Below, piece by piece: positions 1-11,555 of a stretch of DNA of 64,000 bases. The notes under the pieces are model-generated. The model made no database searches and had not been told where the DNA came from. It saw nothing but the letters and a program-made list of their open reading frames with translations. Each line of letters starts with the position of its first letter. Positions within the stretch are counted from its first letter, which is position 1. This stretch comes from Leptogorgia sarmentosa (Eukaryota). The position numbers and the translations under genes are program-made. The stretch spans positions 3,596,001 to 3,660,000 of the forward strand of contig OZ210884.1 of assembly GCA_964658305.1 (NCBI GenBank), written 5' to 3'.

Positions 1-460
1 TGGTTTGGAACTGGTGGTTAGGGTCAGATTTATCTAACACCGTGTTGATATTTAACACTGGAAAATTTTTCACCGTGTTAACACCTAAAATAAGGCAAGT
101 TTAATGATATTTTATGGTGATGTGATATATTTTCGGTTTAACTATAACGTGGACAATACAGCCGAAGTTCGCAGCATTTGTGTACTTTTACATTACGCGC
201 GCGGAAAGTGCGTTGCAACATTTTCGGAAGATTGTGAAATAAGGAAAGGTTCAATGTATTTCTGTCAGATGGTTTACCGCCTCGATTGTTTTGTCATTCT
301 TCGAATTCCAGAATTCAAGTTTATTCCAGAAGGACATTCGGGTTTGAATGAATACTCTCGAATTCTATATCTCGTGCTTTTCTCGGGAATCAGTGGCTTC
401 AGTGCTGTTTATTTTTTTTAGAGTTTTGCAATCCATGACATTATACAAGTTATGCAAAAA

Positions 461-3400
461 ATGAGATTTCTTCTGTTGTTGCTTATTTGTACTATCAACA
501 TCGTGAAGGTGTTTGGAGGTATGTCATGTATAGGCCTGCATAAATTATAATATAAAGTATACTTGTATTTGTTGAAAAATAATAAAAAGAATCTATGGGA
601 ATGAGATTACAATCTCCTGAGATGACTAAGTGTGCATGGAAATCAAATTTGCAGGTGAATATTTTGACTTTAAACAGTAAATTTTGTCTTCTTTATTTTG
701 CTCTGTACAAAGTTACTTTTCATCATGGTGTAAAAATGAACTTCGCAGGCTACAAAGCAAGTCTTTCATAATTTTGACTTTTTTTGTCATTGTTGCTGGC
801 TATCCCACCCATATTCGAGAGAATCTAATTGTCGCGGGTCGCGGGTTTTTGTCGCGGGTCGCGGGTTTTTTGTCGCGGGTCGAAAATTTTTGTCGCGGGT
901 CGTAAATATTTGTTGTGGGTCGGAAATTTTTGTCGTGGTAAAGTTTTCTAAATGCATGTTGCCTGTGAACATATATCTCAAGACACTATTAACCATTTCG
1001 TTAAGCTCGACCAGAGCAGTCGAACCTAACGTTTAGGTCAAGCTTAACATTTAGGTAGAACCTAATTCGTTTCATACGTCGAATTTATCATGTGCTTCAT
1101 TAAAACAATTAAGTTTGGCACATGAGAAGTTCGACGTCTGAAACAGGCCTAAGGCCTTAATTGTTTTAATGAAGCACATGATAAGTTCGACGTATGAAAC
1201 GAATTAGGTTCGACCTAAATGTTAAGTTCGACCTAAACGTTAGGTACGGTTCGACTGCTCTGGTCGAGCTTGGTCGAACCTAATAACTGACATTAAGTTC
1301 GGCACATGAAAAGTTCGACGTCTGAAACGGGCCTTAATAGTGTCTTGAGGTATATGTTCACAGGCAACATACATTTAGAAAGATTTCGACCCGCGACAAA
1401 AATTTTCGACCCGCGACAAAAATTTTCGACCCGCAACAAAAATTTTCGACCCGCGACAAAAACCCGCGACAAAAAACCCGCGACAGGCGACAAAAACCCG
1501 CGACAATTAGATTCTCTCCCCATATTCTCCAATAATTCGGTTCGTATGATAGTTGAACGCCAAGCTGCCATTTTTAAAACTCTTATATTCACCCCTCCAA
1601 GGACTGAATATCCCCTGGTGCTCGGGCTTTTTTGACCAATCAAATCGCTGATAATGTTCTAGTATAGTTTCGAAATGCACGCCAATGCACTGTATTCAGA
1701 AGACAGATTTTTGGTCGAAATAGCTGGGAATAAAGTAGTTTCGTGATTGCATTCCTTTTCGAATTCTACCAGGCGTAAATGATAGCTATTGGACCACCTG
1801 GCTTGACAGAGACAATCCTGGCGGCGCTGGCGATTTTGAATCCTATGAAAACTTTGTTACGTTTGATTCAATTGTAAGTGAAGTTAATTGTATAATTATC
1901 CAGCAGTAATAAAGAAGCAAAGTTGGTAGTAGGTAGTTACGGTTTTTATTTTCGTCGGTGATTAATTACACGGTTCGAGAAGTATTTATTAATGAAAAAT
2001 TGCACGCGTGCAATTTCGTTTCGCCAAACACAAGTGCAATTTTTTCATTAATACTTCGAGAACAAGTGTAATTTCGTATTAATATCATTGTAGTACACGT
2101 TCACTAACCTTTTTTGTCCAAAGTTGACAATAAACAAAAAAACCCAGAATTTTTGCGTTGATTTAAGCGTTTATTTATTTGTTTTTATAATGTATCGCGG
2201 GCTCGAAACCGTGCAATTAAGTTTAATTTGCACACTGTGGAAATTAAAGTATAATTTGCACAGTTGTTGAAGCTTTTTAGCCAATCAGCGTCCAGGAAAT
2301 TGACAACAATGATATTAATACTATAATCTTTACAATTCTTAAAACGCGATAAAAATGTATAAAATTACAGTGGATTTCAGGTCACTTTGCAAAGCGCGAT
2401 TCCCATGTTTGTTTTAAATATTTCTAATTACATTGCCAAAATTGGAATGTTGCGTGAGAATTGCGAGTAAACAAGAGTAGTATTTCTTTTCAAAATTAAG
2501 CGAGAAAATGTGAATAAAATTCACGAATAACATTATGAATAGGGCCATTTATACCTGTTTAAGCCGCGGCCAAAATAAGTCGCGAACGTAACCGTTTAAA
2601 CGCACAATTTCTTCACGAGGCAGGAACCCTGGGCTAAAATTAGCCGCGGCTTATTTTAGTCACAAAGAAATTGTGCGTTTATACAGACGTTCGCGACTTA
2701 TTTTAGCCGCGGCTTATTCTTCCTCGTATAAATGGCCCTAATAATATTCATCAAGAACTTAAAGTAGTTAAGTAATAGCTATTTGTCTGCTTCCTGGAAC
2801 CAGTTTCATGAAGTTGTTGTACTTTGTCTTGCAAGCAGTTTGTTGCAGGAAGAAAAATCTCTGTCTCATATTATAGATCGGTTCCAACTCTTTTCCACTC
2901 TTCAAAACAGAGAGATTGTCATGCATTCTTTCTTTCTAGATACCATGTAAAACTGGCTTTGAACCAGTTGATGCAAAATGTAGAGTTAGTTCCACAAAAA
3001 TACCTTGGCAAGACTCAGATGATGTTATTAGTGGCTGCACAGCAAAAGGGATTTGGTGTGTGAACCGACTCCAGAAAGACGGTAACTGTAAAGACTATGA
3101 AGTACAGTTTTTGTGTCGAGGTAAGCAAATAGAATTGCATATTCTTGTTTATTCGCTGTGTTTCATAATAAACGAAAGTTTCGTAATGACAGCTTTTGTA
3201 ATTCGACATTGAAACCCGCATATAGCTATGCAGAAAAAAATCTCGCAGTGCTGAACAAACCAGCACAATTATAGCACATAGGCATGTTGGTGTAGTATTA
3301 CACTCATTGGTATTTTGTACGCATTTACGCATGTTAAAACAAATTCGCCCAATATCGTAAGGTATATTTCAGAAGGGATTTGGATTTCGAATCCCACTTC

Positions 3401-4932
3401 TTGGATTCCGGATCATCGTCTTTGGATTCCACATTTCACCATTTAAATTCTGGATTTTTCTCCAAGGATCCTGTAATCCAGATTTGTAGTGGATTTCGGA
3501 TTCTTTCTCTTATTACCATGAGTGTGGATTACGGATCTTTAAGACATTTGGATCCCGGATCCCACTCCCTGTTAATTAAGGGAATTCTAAAGCCAAACAA
3601 AGTAGGATTCTGGATTCAATAACATGGGACGATCATACCGAGTGAAATACTACACCTGTAAATTTCATCCTTACACGGATAGTAGTGCTGCGATGACACT
3701 ACTTGATGTAAGGCAAAATCTCAATTTGGTAGATTTATATTCTTTGATGATATAATCTACCTCATACACGATGTCATGAAACATGACATCCTGCATGCTA
3801 TGAAACATAAAATCCTGTATACACAACAGGAAAGGTGTAATTCAACAATCACACCAGAACTGCTTCAACACGACTATAGCTCAAAGATGTTCTTTAACAA
3901 AAGAAGGTGGGAAAGAAAGTCGTTCATCGGAAATTTCATAGCGCTACAACCTTCTTAAAATTTGCATTCCTTACGTTAAAAAACGTAGGTAAGTATACTA
4001 TATGCCCTTAAAAAATCTTGTAGTGGCTCAACAAGACGCATGCAGTGCTATAACTTTAAAGAACTCATTAATACCCAATGAAGAAAGAAGGGAGTAAATT
4101 ACTACCATACCAGCTGGATTCTAACCATCACGTTAAAGCCTTGTTCACATATGCCCGAGGTATGCCTACGATGCACCTCTACATATTGTACTTCTGCAGG
4201 AGAGTGCAATGACACTGTAAAATTCCCTACCGCCGATAGCAAGTCATAACACACCTCCGCTTACCCGATAACCTGTCGGGAAAGTTGAACTCCAGTCAAC
4301 TCTCCGGGCATTCCGCAGACAACGTTTGTGACTGCTTCTAACACCAGCGAGAAATCGGCGATAAGTGTTCCCGTATACTGAAGAACACCGCAAGCATAGG
4401 TCGCAGGCATACCTCGGGCATATGTGAACCAGGCTTTTTTTGCATGAACTTTGAATACTCTGTTTTTTCGGTTGAGATTTTGTTTATGTTTATGGCCCAT
4501 TTCTGCGATTTCCTGTAAACTTTTACTCTTTTGTTCGATGTGTTAGGCTTTATAAAAAGGAACAGAAGGACGCATTCGTCACTACATGCAGCACTTTAGT
4601 CAATCCTGTTTTTAACGAACCATAACATTGGCGCAGTTAGTATTAATAGGTCATTAAAAACACTGTTTCTGTTGGAACCTCGTTAGCCCAGGCTTTCGTT
4701 TTCCCAAGTGTTAACAAAACCCTGTGGAATTAGTAACCTTTCCGTCTTTACGCTGGATTGACCGATGAACTTTAATATTAGAGAAATGAACCTAACCCTA
4801 ACTTGACCGCAATATTCAAAGTCACTTACGTAGTCCACCATTGGAAGGTAAGCGGTAAGCCCTAAAACTGTACTACTTCAAAAACATCAATTTATTTGCA
4901 ATATATGCACAGGACCGTGGAAGCAAAGGTGA
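461..4932 (+). CDS. Small secreted single WxxW-domain protein (Mucin2_WxxW/CILP N-terminal-like), paralog A, spliced
   Basis: Exons 461-518 (signal peptide MRFLLLLLICTINIVKVFG), 1773-1873 (VNDSYWTTWLDRDNPGGAGDFE...), 2940-3120 (IPCKTG...KCRV...GCTAKGIWCVNRLQKDGNCKDYEVQFLCR). All introns are GT-AG and phase-compatible. WTxW-D-D-P-G-GD-E and C-x-DYEV-x-FLC are WxxW-domain hallmarks. The last exon 4913-4932 (GPWKQR*) is tentative. Confidence 0.85.
817..1518. mobile_element. Non-autonomous foldback DNA transposon with 9-bp TSD (Mutator-like) and nested palindromic insert
   Basis: Long TIRs starting GAGAGAATCTAATTGTCGCGGG, with internal GTCGCGGGTC repeats. TSD CCCATATTC at 808-816 and 1519-1527. 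The empty site is present in the paralog at ~15490. Confidence 0.9.
1961..2319. mobile_element. Hairpin-ended non-autonomous element (Crypton-like?), 353-bp insertion
   Basis: Absent in the paralog (gtgattaatattt at ~16137). ATTAAT direct repeat at both ends, a long terminal hairpin, a subterminal inverted repeat TATTAATATCATTG/CAATGATATTAATA and a GCCAATCAG motif. Confidence 0.7.
2542..2738. mobile_element. MITE, PIF/Harbinger-like
   Basis: TIR GGGCCATTTATAC...GTATAAATGGCCC in a TA-rich site. Absent from paralog copy 2. Confidence 0.8.
4136..4436. mobile_element. MITE, PIF/Harbinger-like (predates the duplication; second copy ~18026-18328)
   Basis: TIRs AAGCC(T/G)TGTTCACATATGCCCGAGGTATGCCT / AGGCATACCTCGGGCATATGTGAACCAGGCTT. 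Confidence 0.75.
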
Positions 4933-5063
4933 GTAAACTTGAAGCGAGAATGGACCCTACCCTTATAGACGAACTTTTGAGTTCAGAAATTTCATTACTA
5001 GACATTGAAACAGTTGAAAAGAGCATCATAAATTTGGTAAGAGTGTATGTTCTAATTTATAAT

Positions 5064-5475
5064 CAAACGCTCAGGTTTTTTAAAACGCTCAGGTTTCAAA
5101 ACGCTCAGGTTTCAAAACGCTCAGGTTTCCAAACGCTCAGGTTTCAAATCGCTCAGGTTTCAAAACGCTCAGGTTTCAAAACCCTTACAAAAATAAACTA
5201 TAGTTTCTTTCACCGAAACTATAGTTTAAAAAACTGTAGTAATTTGGAACAAAAACTATAGTTAAAATTAACTAAAGTTTCTAATAACTATAGTTTCACA
5301 AAACTACAGTTATTAATAAACTATAGTTTTTTACACCGAAACTATAGTTTAATTAAAAACTGTAGTAATTTGGAACAAAAACTATAGTTAAAATTAACTA
5401 AAGTTTCTAATAACTATAGTTCCACAAAACTATAGTTATTAATAAACTATAGTTTTTTCCACCGAAACAATAGTT
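5064..5475. repeat. Short satellite seed (~8 units) followed by an AACTATAGTT-rich ~120-bp tandem module
   Basis: AAACGCTCAGGTTT units at 5064-5180. The module that follows also occurs at ~11555-11715 and partly at ~5725-5790. Confidence 0.9.
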
Positions 5476-5789
5476 TAAAGGTGATGTCCACTCCGTTCTG
5501 CGCATCGGTTCTGCTCATAACAAATCGGGACCCGCAGATATAACATTGCAAAAATTTTGTAATGTTCCGAACTTTTTTTGAAGCAAAACTCTGGTTTATA
5601 TCCATTTATGACCATAGCAAACCAAAACAGCGTTAGATATGCTGTTAGTATTATCATATTTTACAAATATAGCTGTTCAAAATGTCAACAAAGCATTTGT
5701 TTACATTATGAGTGGAGGGCACCTTTAAAAAACTGTAGTAACTTGGAACAAAAAGTATAGTTAATTTAACTAAAGTTTATATTAACTAT

Positions 5790-6090
5790 ACTATTTAACA
5801 ATTAGATTACGAGCTCGAGATTTCTATGAGGTGATAGTTGATGAGGGCGAAGCCCGAATCAACTATCATCTCGTAGAAATCGAGAGCGAGTAATCTAATT
5901 GTTTTAGTAGAATCAGAGATCAAACATGAAAATATTGCAAAAAATAATTTAAAAACGCGTCTTAGAAGACATTTCTTTAACGAAAATTCACATATTTCGC
6001 TACTCGCTATCTATCGAGGAATAGATAGCGAGTAGAGTAGCCAATCAAATTGCAGCATTTGCAATAGTATACGAGTATGATTCTACTAAT
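5790..6090. mobile_element. Hairpin-ended non-autonomous element with GGCGAAGCC loop
   Basis: ~110-nt imperfect palindrome centred on GGGCGAAGCCC, subterminal inverted repeat TTAGTAGAATC/GATTCTACTAA, and TAGCCAATCA near the other end. Confidence 0.65.
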
Positions 6091-6160
6091 TATAATTATA
6101 TACTTTTTGAATCTGTTGTATTTTACTATAGATTTAAGTTATATGCTATGAAACAATTTC

Positions 6161-9100
6161 CAGGTTTCCAAACGCTCAGGTTTCCAAACTCTCAGGTTTT
6201 TCAAAACGCACAGGTTTCCAAACACTCAGGTTTCCAAACGCTCAGGTTTCCAAACGCTCATGTTTCCAAACGCTCAGGTTTCCAAACGCTCAGGTTTCCA
6301 AACGCTCAGGTTTTTTAAAACGCTCAGGTTTCAAAACGCTCAGGTTTTTCAAAACGCTCAGGTTTCCAAACGCTCAGGTTTCCAAACGCTCAGGTTTCCA
6401 AACGCTCAGGTTTCCAAACGCTCAGGTTTCAAAACGCTTAGATTTTTCAAAACGCTCAGGTTTCCAAACGCTCAGGTTTTTCAAAACGTTCAGGTTTCCA
6501 AACGCTCAGGTTTCAAATCGCTCAGGCTTTTTAAAACGCTCAGGTTTCCAAACGCTCAGGTTTTTTAAAACGCTCAGGTTTTTTAAAACGCTCAGGTTTC
6601 CAAACGCTCAGGTGTTTTAAAACGCTCAGGTTTCAAAACGCTCAGATTTTTCAAAACGCTCAGGTTTCCAAACGCTCAGGTTTCCAAACGCTCAGGTTTC
6701 CAAACGCTCAAGTTTCCAAACGCTCAGGTTTCAAATCGCTCAGGCTTTTTAAAACGCTCAGGTTTCCAAACGCTCAGGTTTTTTAAAACGCTCAGGTTTC
6801 CAAACGCTCAGGTTTCCAAACGCTCAGGTTTTTTAAAACGCTCAGGTTTCCAAACGCTCAGATTTCCAAACGCTCAGGTTTTTCAAAACGCTCAGGTTTC
6901 AAATCGCTCAGGTTTTTTAAAACGCTCAGGTTTCCAAACGCTCAGGTTTCCAAACGCTCAGGTTTTTTAAAACGCTCAGGTTTCCAAACGCTCAGGTTTC
7001 CAAACGCTCAGGTTTTTCCAAACGCTCAGGTTTCCAAACGCTCAGGTTTCCAAACGCTCAGGTTTCCAAACGCTCAGGTTTTTTAAAACGCTCAGGTTTC
7101 AAAACGCTCAGGTTTTTCAAAACGCTCAGGTTTCCAAACGCTCAGGTTTCCAAACGCTCAGGTTTCCAAACACTCGGGTTTCCAAACGCTCAAGTTTCCA
7201 AACGCTCAGGTTTCCAAACGCTCAGGTTTCCAAACGCTCAGGTTTCCAAACGCTCAGGTTTCCAAACGCTCAGGTTTTTCAAAACGCCCAGGTTTCAAAA
7301 CGCTCAGGTTTCCAAACGCTCAGGTTTCAAAACGCTTAGGTTTCCAAACGGTCAGGTTTTTCAAAACGCTCAGGTTTCCAAACGCTCAGGTTTCCAAACG
7401 CTCAGGTTTCCAAACGCTCAGGTTTCCAAACGCTCAGGTTTCAAATCGCTCAGGCTTTTTAAAACGCTCAGGTTTCCAAACGCTCAGGTTTTTTAAAACG
7501 CTCAGGTTTTTTAAAACGCTCAGGTTTCCAAACGCTCAGGTGTTTTAAAACGCTCAGGTTTCAAAACGCTCAGATTTTTCAAAACGCTCAGGTTTCCAAA
7601 CGCTCAGGTTTCCAAACGCTCAGGTTTCCAAACGCTCAGGTTTTTCAAAACGCTCAGGTTTCCAAACGCTCAGGTTACCAAACGCTCAGGTTTTTCAAAA
7701 CGCCCAGGTTTCAAAACGCTCAGGTTTCCAAACGCTCAGGTTTCAAAACGCTTAGGTTTCCAAACGGTCAGGTTGTTCAAAACGCTCAGGTTTCCAAACG
7801 CTCAGGTTTCCAAACGCTCAGGTTTCCAAACGCTCAGGTTTCAAATCGCTCAGGCTTTTTAAAACGCTCAGGTTTCCAAACGCTCAGGTTTTTTAAAACG
7901 CTCAGGTTTCCAAACGCTCAGGTTTTTTAAAACGCTCAGGTTTCCAAACGCTCAGATTTCCAAACGCTCAGGTTTTTCAAAACGCTCAGGTTTCAAATCG
8001 CTCAGGTTTTTTAAAACGCTCAGGTTTCCAAACGCTCAGGTTTCCAAACGCTCAGGTTTTTTAAAACGCTCAGGTTTCCAAACGCTCAGGTTTCCAAACG
8101 CTCAGGTTTTTCCAAACGCTCAGCTTTCCAAACGCTCAGGTTTCCAAACGCACAGGTTTCCAAACGCTCAGGTTTTTTAAAACGCTCAGGTTTCAAAACG
8201 CTCAGGTTTTTCAAAACGCTCAGGTTTCCAAACGCTCAGGTTTCCAAACGCTCAGGTTTCCAAACACTCGGGTTTCCAAACGCTCAAGTTTCCAAACGCT
8301 CAGGTTTCCAAACGCTCAGGTTTCCAAACGCTCAGGTTTCCAAACGCTCAGGTTTTTTAAAACGCTCAGGTTTCAAAACGCTCAGGTTTTTCAAAACGCT
8401 CAGGTTTCCAAAGGCTCAGGTTTCCAAACGCTCAGGTTTCCAAACGCTCAGGTTTCCAAACGCTCAGGTTTCAAAACTCTTAGATTTTTCAAAACGCTCA
8501 GGTTTCCAAACGCTCAGGTTTTTCAAAACGTTCAGGTTTCGAAACGCCCAGGTTTCAAAACGCTCAGGTTTCCAAACGCTCAGGTTTCAAAACGCTTCGG
8601 TTTCCAAACGCTCAGGTTTTTCAAAACGCTCAGGTTTTTCAAAACGCTCAGGTTTCCAAACGCTCAGGTTTCCAAACGCTCAGGTTTCAAAACGCCCAGG
8701 TTTCAAAACGCTCAGGTTTCCAAACGCTCAGGTTTCAAAACGCTCAGGTTTCCAAACGCTCAGGTTTTTCAAAACGCTCAGGTTTCCAAACGCTCAGGTT
8801 TCCAAACGCTCAGGTTTCCAAACGCTCAGGTTTTTCAAAACGCCCAGGTTTCAAAACGCTCAGGTTTCCAAACGCTCAGTTTTCAAAACGCTTAGGTTTC
8901 CAAACGGTCAGGTTTTTCAAAACGCTCAGGTTTCCAAACGCTCAGGTTTCCAAACGCTCAGGTTTCCAAACGCTCAGGTTTCCAAACGCTCAGGTTTCAA
9001 ATCGCTCAGGCTTTTTAAAACGCTCAGGTTTCCAAACGCCCAGGTTTCAAAACGCTCAGGTTTCCAAACGCTCAGGTTTCAAAACGCTCAAGTTTCCAAA

Positions 9101-11555
9101 CGCTCAGGTTTCCAAACGCTCACGTTTTTCAAAACGCTCAGGTTTCCAAACGCCCAGGTTTCAAAACGCTCAGGTTTCCAAACGCTCAGGTTTCAAAACG
9201 CTCAGGTTTCCAAACGCTCAGGTTTTTCAAAACGCTCAGGTTTCCAAACGCCCATGCAGGTTTCAAAACGCTCAGGTTTCCAAACGCTCAGGTTTCAAAA
9301 TGCTTAGGTTTCCAAACGCTCAGGTTTTTCAAAACGCTCAGGTTTCCAAACGCTCAGGTTTCCAAACGCTCAAGTTTCCAAACGCTCAGGTTTCCAAACG
9401 CTCAGGTTTCAAATCGTTCAGGCTTTTTAAAACGCTCAGGTTTCCAAACGCTCAGGTTTCCAAACGCTCAGGTTTTTTAAAACGCTCAGGTTTCCAAACG
9501 CTCAGGTTTTTTAAAACGCTCTGGTTTCAAAACGCTCAGATTTTTCAAAACGCTCAGGTTTCCAAACGCTCAGGTTTCCAAACGCTCAGGTTTCCAAACG
9601 CTCACGTTTTTCAAAACGCCCAGGTTTCCAAACGCCCAGGTTTCAAAACGCTCAGGTTTCCAAACGCTCAGGTTTCAAAACGCTCAGGTTTCCAAACGCT
9701 CAGGGTTTTCAAAACGCTCAGGTTTCCAAACGCTCAGGTTTCCAAACGCTCAGGTTTTTCAAAACGCCCAGGTTTCAAAACGCTCAGATTTCCAAACGCT
9801 CAGGTTTCAAAACGCTTAGGTTTCCAAACGGTCAGGTTTTTCAAAACGCTCAGGTTTCCAAACGCTCAGGTTTCCAAACGCTCAGGTTTCCAAACGCTCA
9901 GGTTTCCAAACGCTCAGGTTTCCAAACGCTCACGTTTCAAATCGCTCAGGCTTTTTAAAACGCTCAGGTTTCCAAACGCTCAGGTTTTTTAAAACGCTCA
10001 GGTTTCCAAACGCTCAGGTTTTTTAAAACGCTCAGGTTTCACAACGCTCAGATTTTTCAAAACGCTCAGGTTTCCAAACGCTCAGGTTTCCAAACGCTCA
10101 GGTTTCCAAACGCTCAGGTTTCCAAACGCTCAGGTTTCAAATCGCTCAGGCTTTTTAAAACGCTCAGGTTTGCAAATGCTCAGGTTTTTTAAAACGCTCA
10201 GGTTTCCAAACGCTCAGGTTTTTTAAAACGCTCAGGTTTCAAAACGCTCAGATTTTTCAAAACGCTCAGGTTTCCAAACGCTCAGGTTTCCAAACGCTCA
10301 GGTTTTTCAAAACGCTCAGTTTTCCAAACGCCCAGGTTTCAAAACGCTCAGGTTTCCAAACGCTCAGGTTTCCAAACGCTCGGGTTTCCAAACGCTCAGG
10401 TTTTTTAAAACGCTCAGGTTTCCAAACACTCAGGTTTTTTAAAACGCTCAGGTTTCAAAACGCTCAGATTTTTCAAAACGCTCAGGTTTCCAAACGCTCA
10501 GGTTTCCAAACGCTCAGGTTTCCAAACGCTCAGGTTTTTCAAAACGCTCAGGTTTCCAAACGCTCAGGTTACCAAACGCTCAGGTTTTTCAAAACGCCCA
10601 GGTTTCAAAACGCTCAGGTTTCCAAACGCTCAGGTTTCAAAACGCTTAGGTTTCCAAACGGTCAGGTTGTTCAAAACGCTCAGGTTTCCAAACGCTCAGG
10701 TTTCCAAACGCTCAGGTTTCCAAACGCTCAGGTTTCAAATCGCTCAGGCTTTTTAAAACGCTCAGGTTTCCAAACGCTCAGGTTTTTTAAAACGCTCAGG
10801 TTTCCAAACGCTCAGGTTTTTTAAAACGCTCAGGTTTCACAACGCTCAGATTTTTCAAAACGCTCAGGTTTCCAAACGCTCAGGTTTCCAAACGCTCAGG
10901 TTTCCAAACGCTCAGGATTCCAAACGCTCAGGTTTCAAATCGCTCAGGCTTTTTAAAACGCTCAGGTTTCCAAATGCTCAGGTTTTTTAAAACGCTCAAG
11001 TTTCCAAACGCTCAGGTTTTTTAAAACGCTCAGGTTTCAAAACGCTCAGATTTTTCAAAACGCTCAGGTTTCCAAACGCTCAGGTTTTTCAAAACGCTCA
11101 GTTTTCCAAACGCCCAGGTTTCAAAACGCTCAGGTTTCCAAACGCTCAGGTTTCCAAACGCTCGGGTTTCCAAACGCTCAGGTTTTTTAAAACGCTCAGG
11201 TTTCCAAACACTCAGGTTTTTTAAAACGCTCAGGTTTCAAAACGCTCAGATTTTTCAAAACGCTCAGGTTTCCAAACGCTCAGGTTTCCAAACGCTCAGG
11301 TTTCCAAACGCTCAGGTTTTTCAAAACGCTCAGGTTTCCAAACGCCCAGGTTTCCAAACGCTCAGGTTTCCAAACGCTCCGGTTTCAAATCGCTCAGGCT
11401 TTTTAAAACGCTCAGGTTTCCAAACGCTCAGGTTTCCAAACGCTCAGGTTTTTTAAAACGCTCAGGTTTCAAAACGCTCAGGTTTCCAAACGCTCGGGTT
11501 TTTCAAAACGCTCAGGTTTCAAAACGCCCAGGGTTCAAAACGCTCAGGTTTCAAA
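6161..11555. repeat. 5.4-kb satellite array, 15/17-bp unit AAACGCTCAGGTTTCC / AAAACGCTCAGGTTTTT(C/T)
   Basis: Roughly 350 tandem copies are directly visible. ORFs 6260-6568 and 9300-9992 are artefacts of the array. Confidence 0.99.

Larger units (their letters stand above)
40..5030. repeat. Segmental duplication copy 1 (pairs with ~14564-18915)
   Basis: Collinear, highly similar sequence (e.g. 117 gtgatgtgatatat...gccgaagttcgcagc = 14927; 5010 acagttgaaaagagcatcata = 18896), differing mainly by transposon insertions. Confidence 0.95.

Noticed and set aside
684..1643. Overlapping ORFs with RPATK repeats on both strands
   Set aside because: They arise from the TIR sub-repeats of the foldback element.
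6260..9992. ORFs of 102 and 230 aa with repeating TLRFPNAQVSKRSG
   Set aside because: Translations of the satellite. Frames cycle with unit length and there is no gene context.
6161..11555. CRISPR-like or telomeric array
   Set aside because: No unique spacers, the unit is not TTAGGG-like, and the context is an interstitial eukaryotic region.
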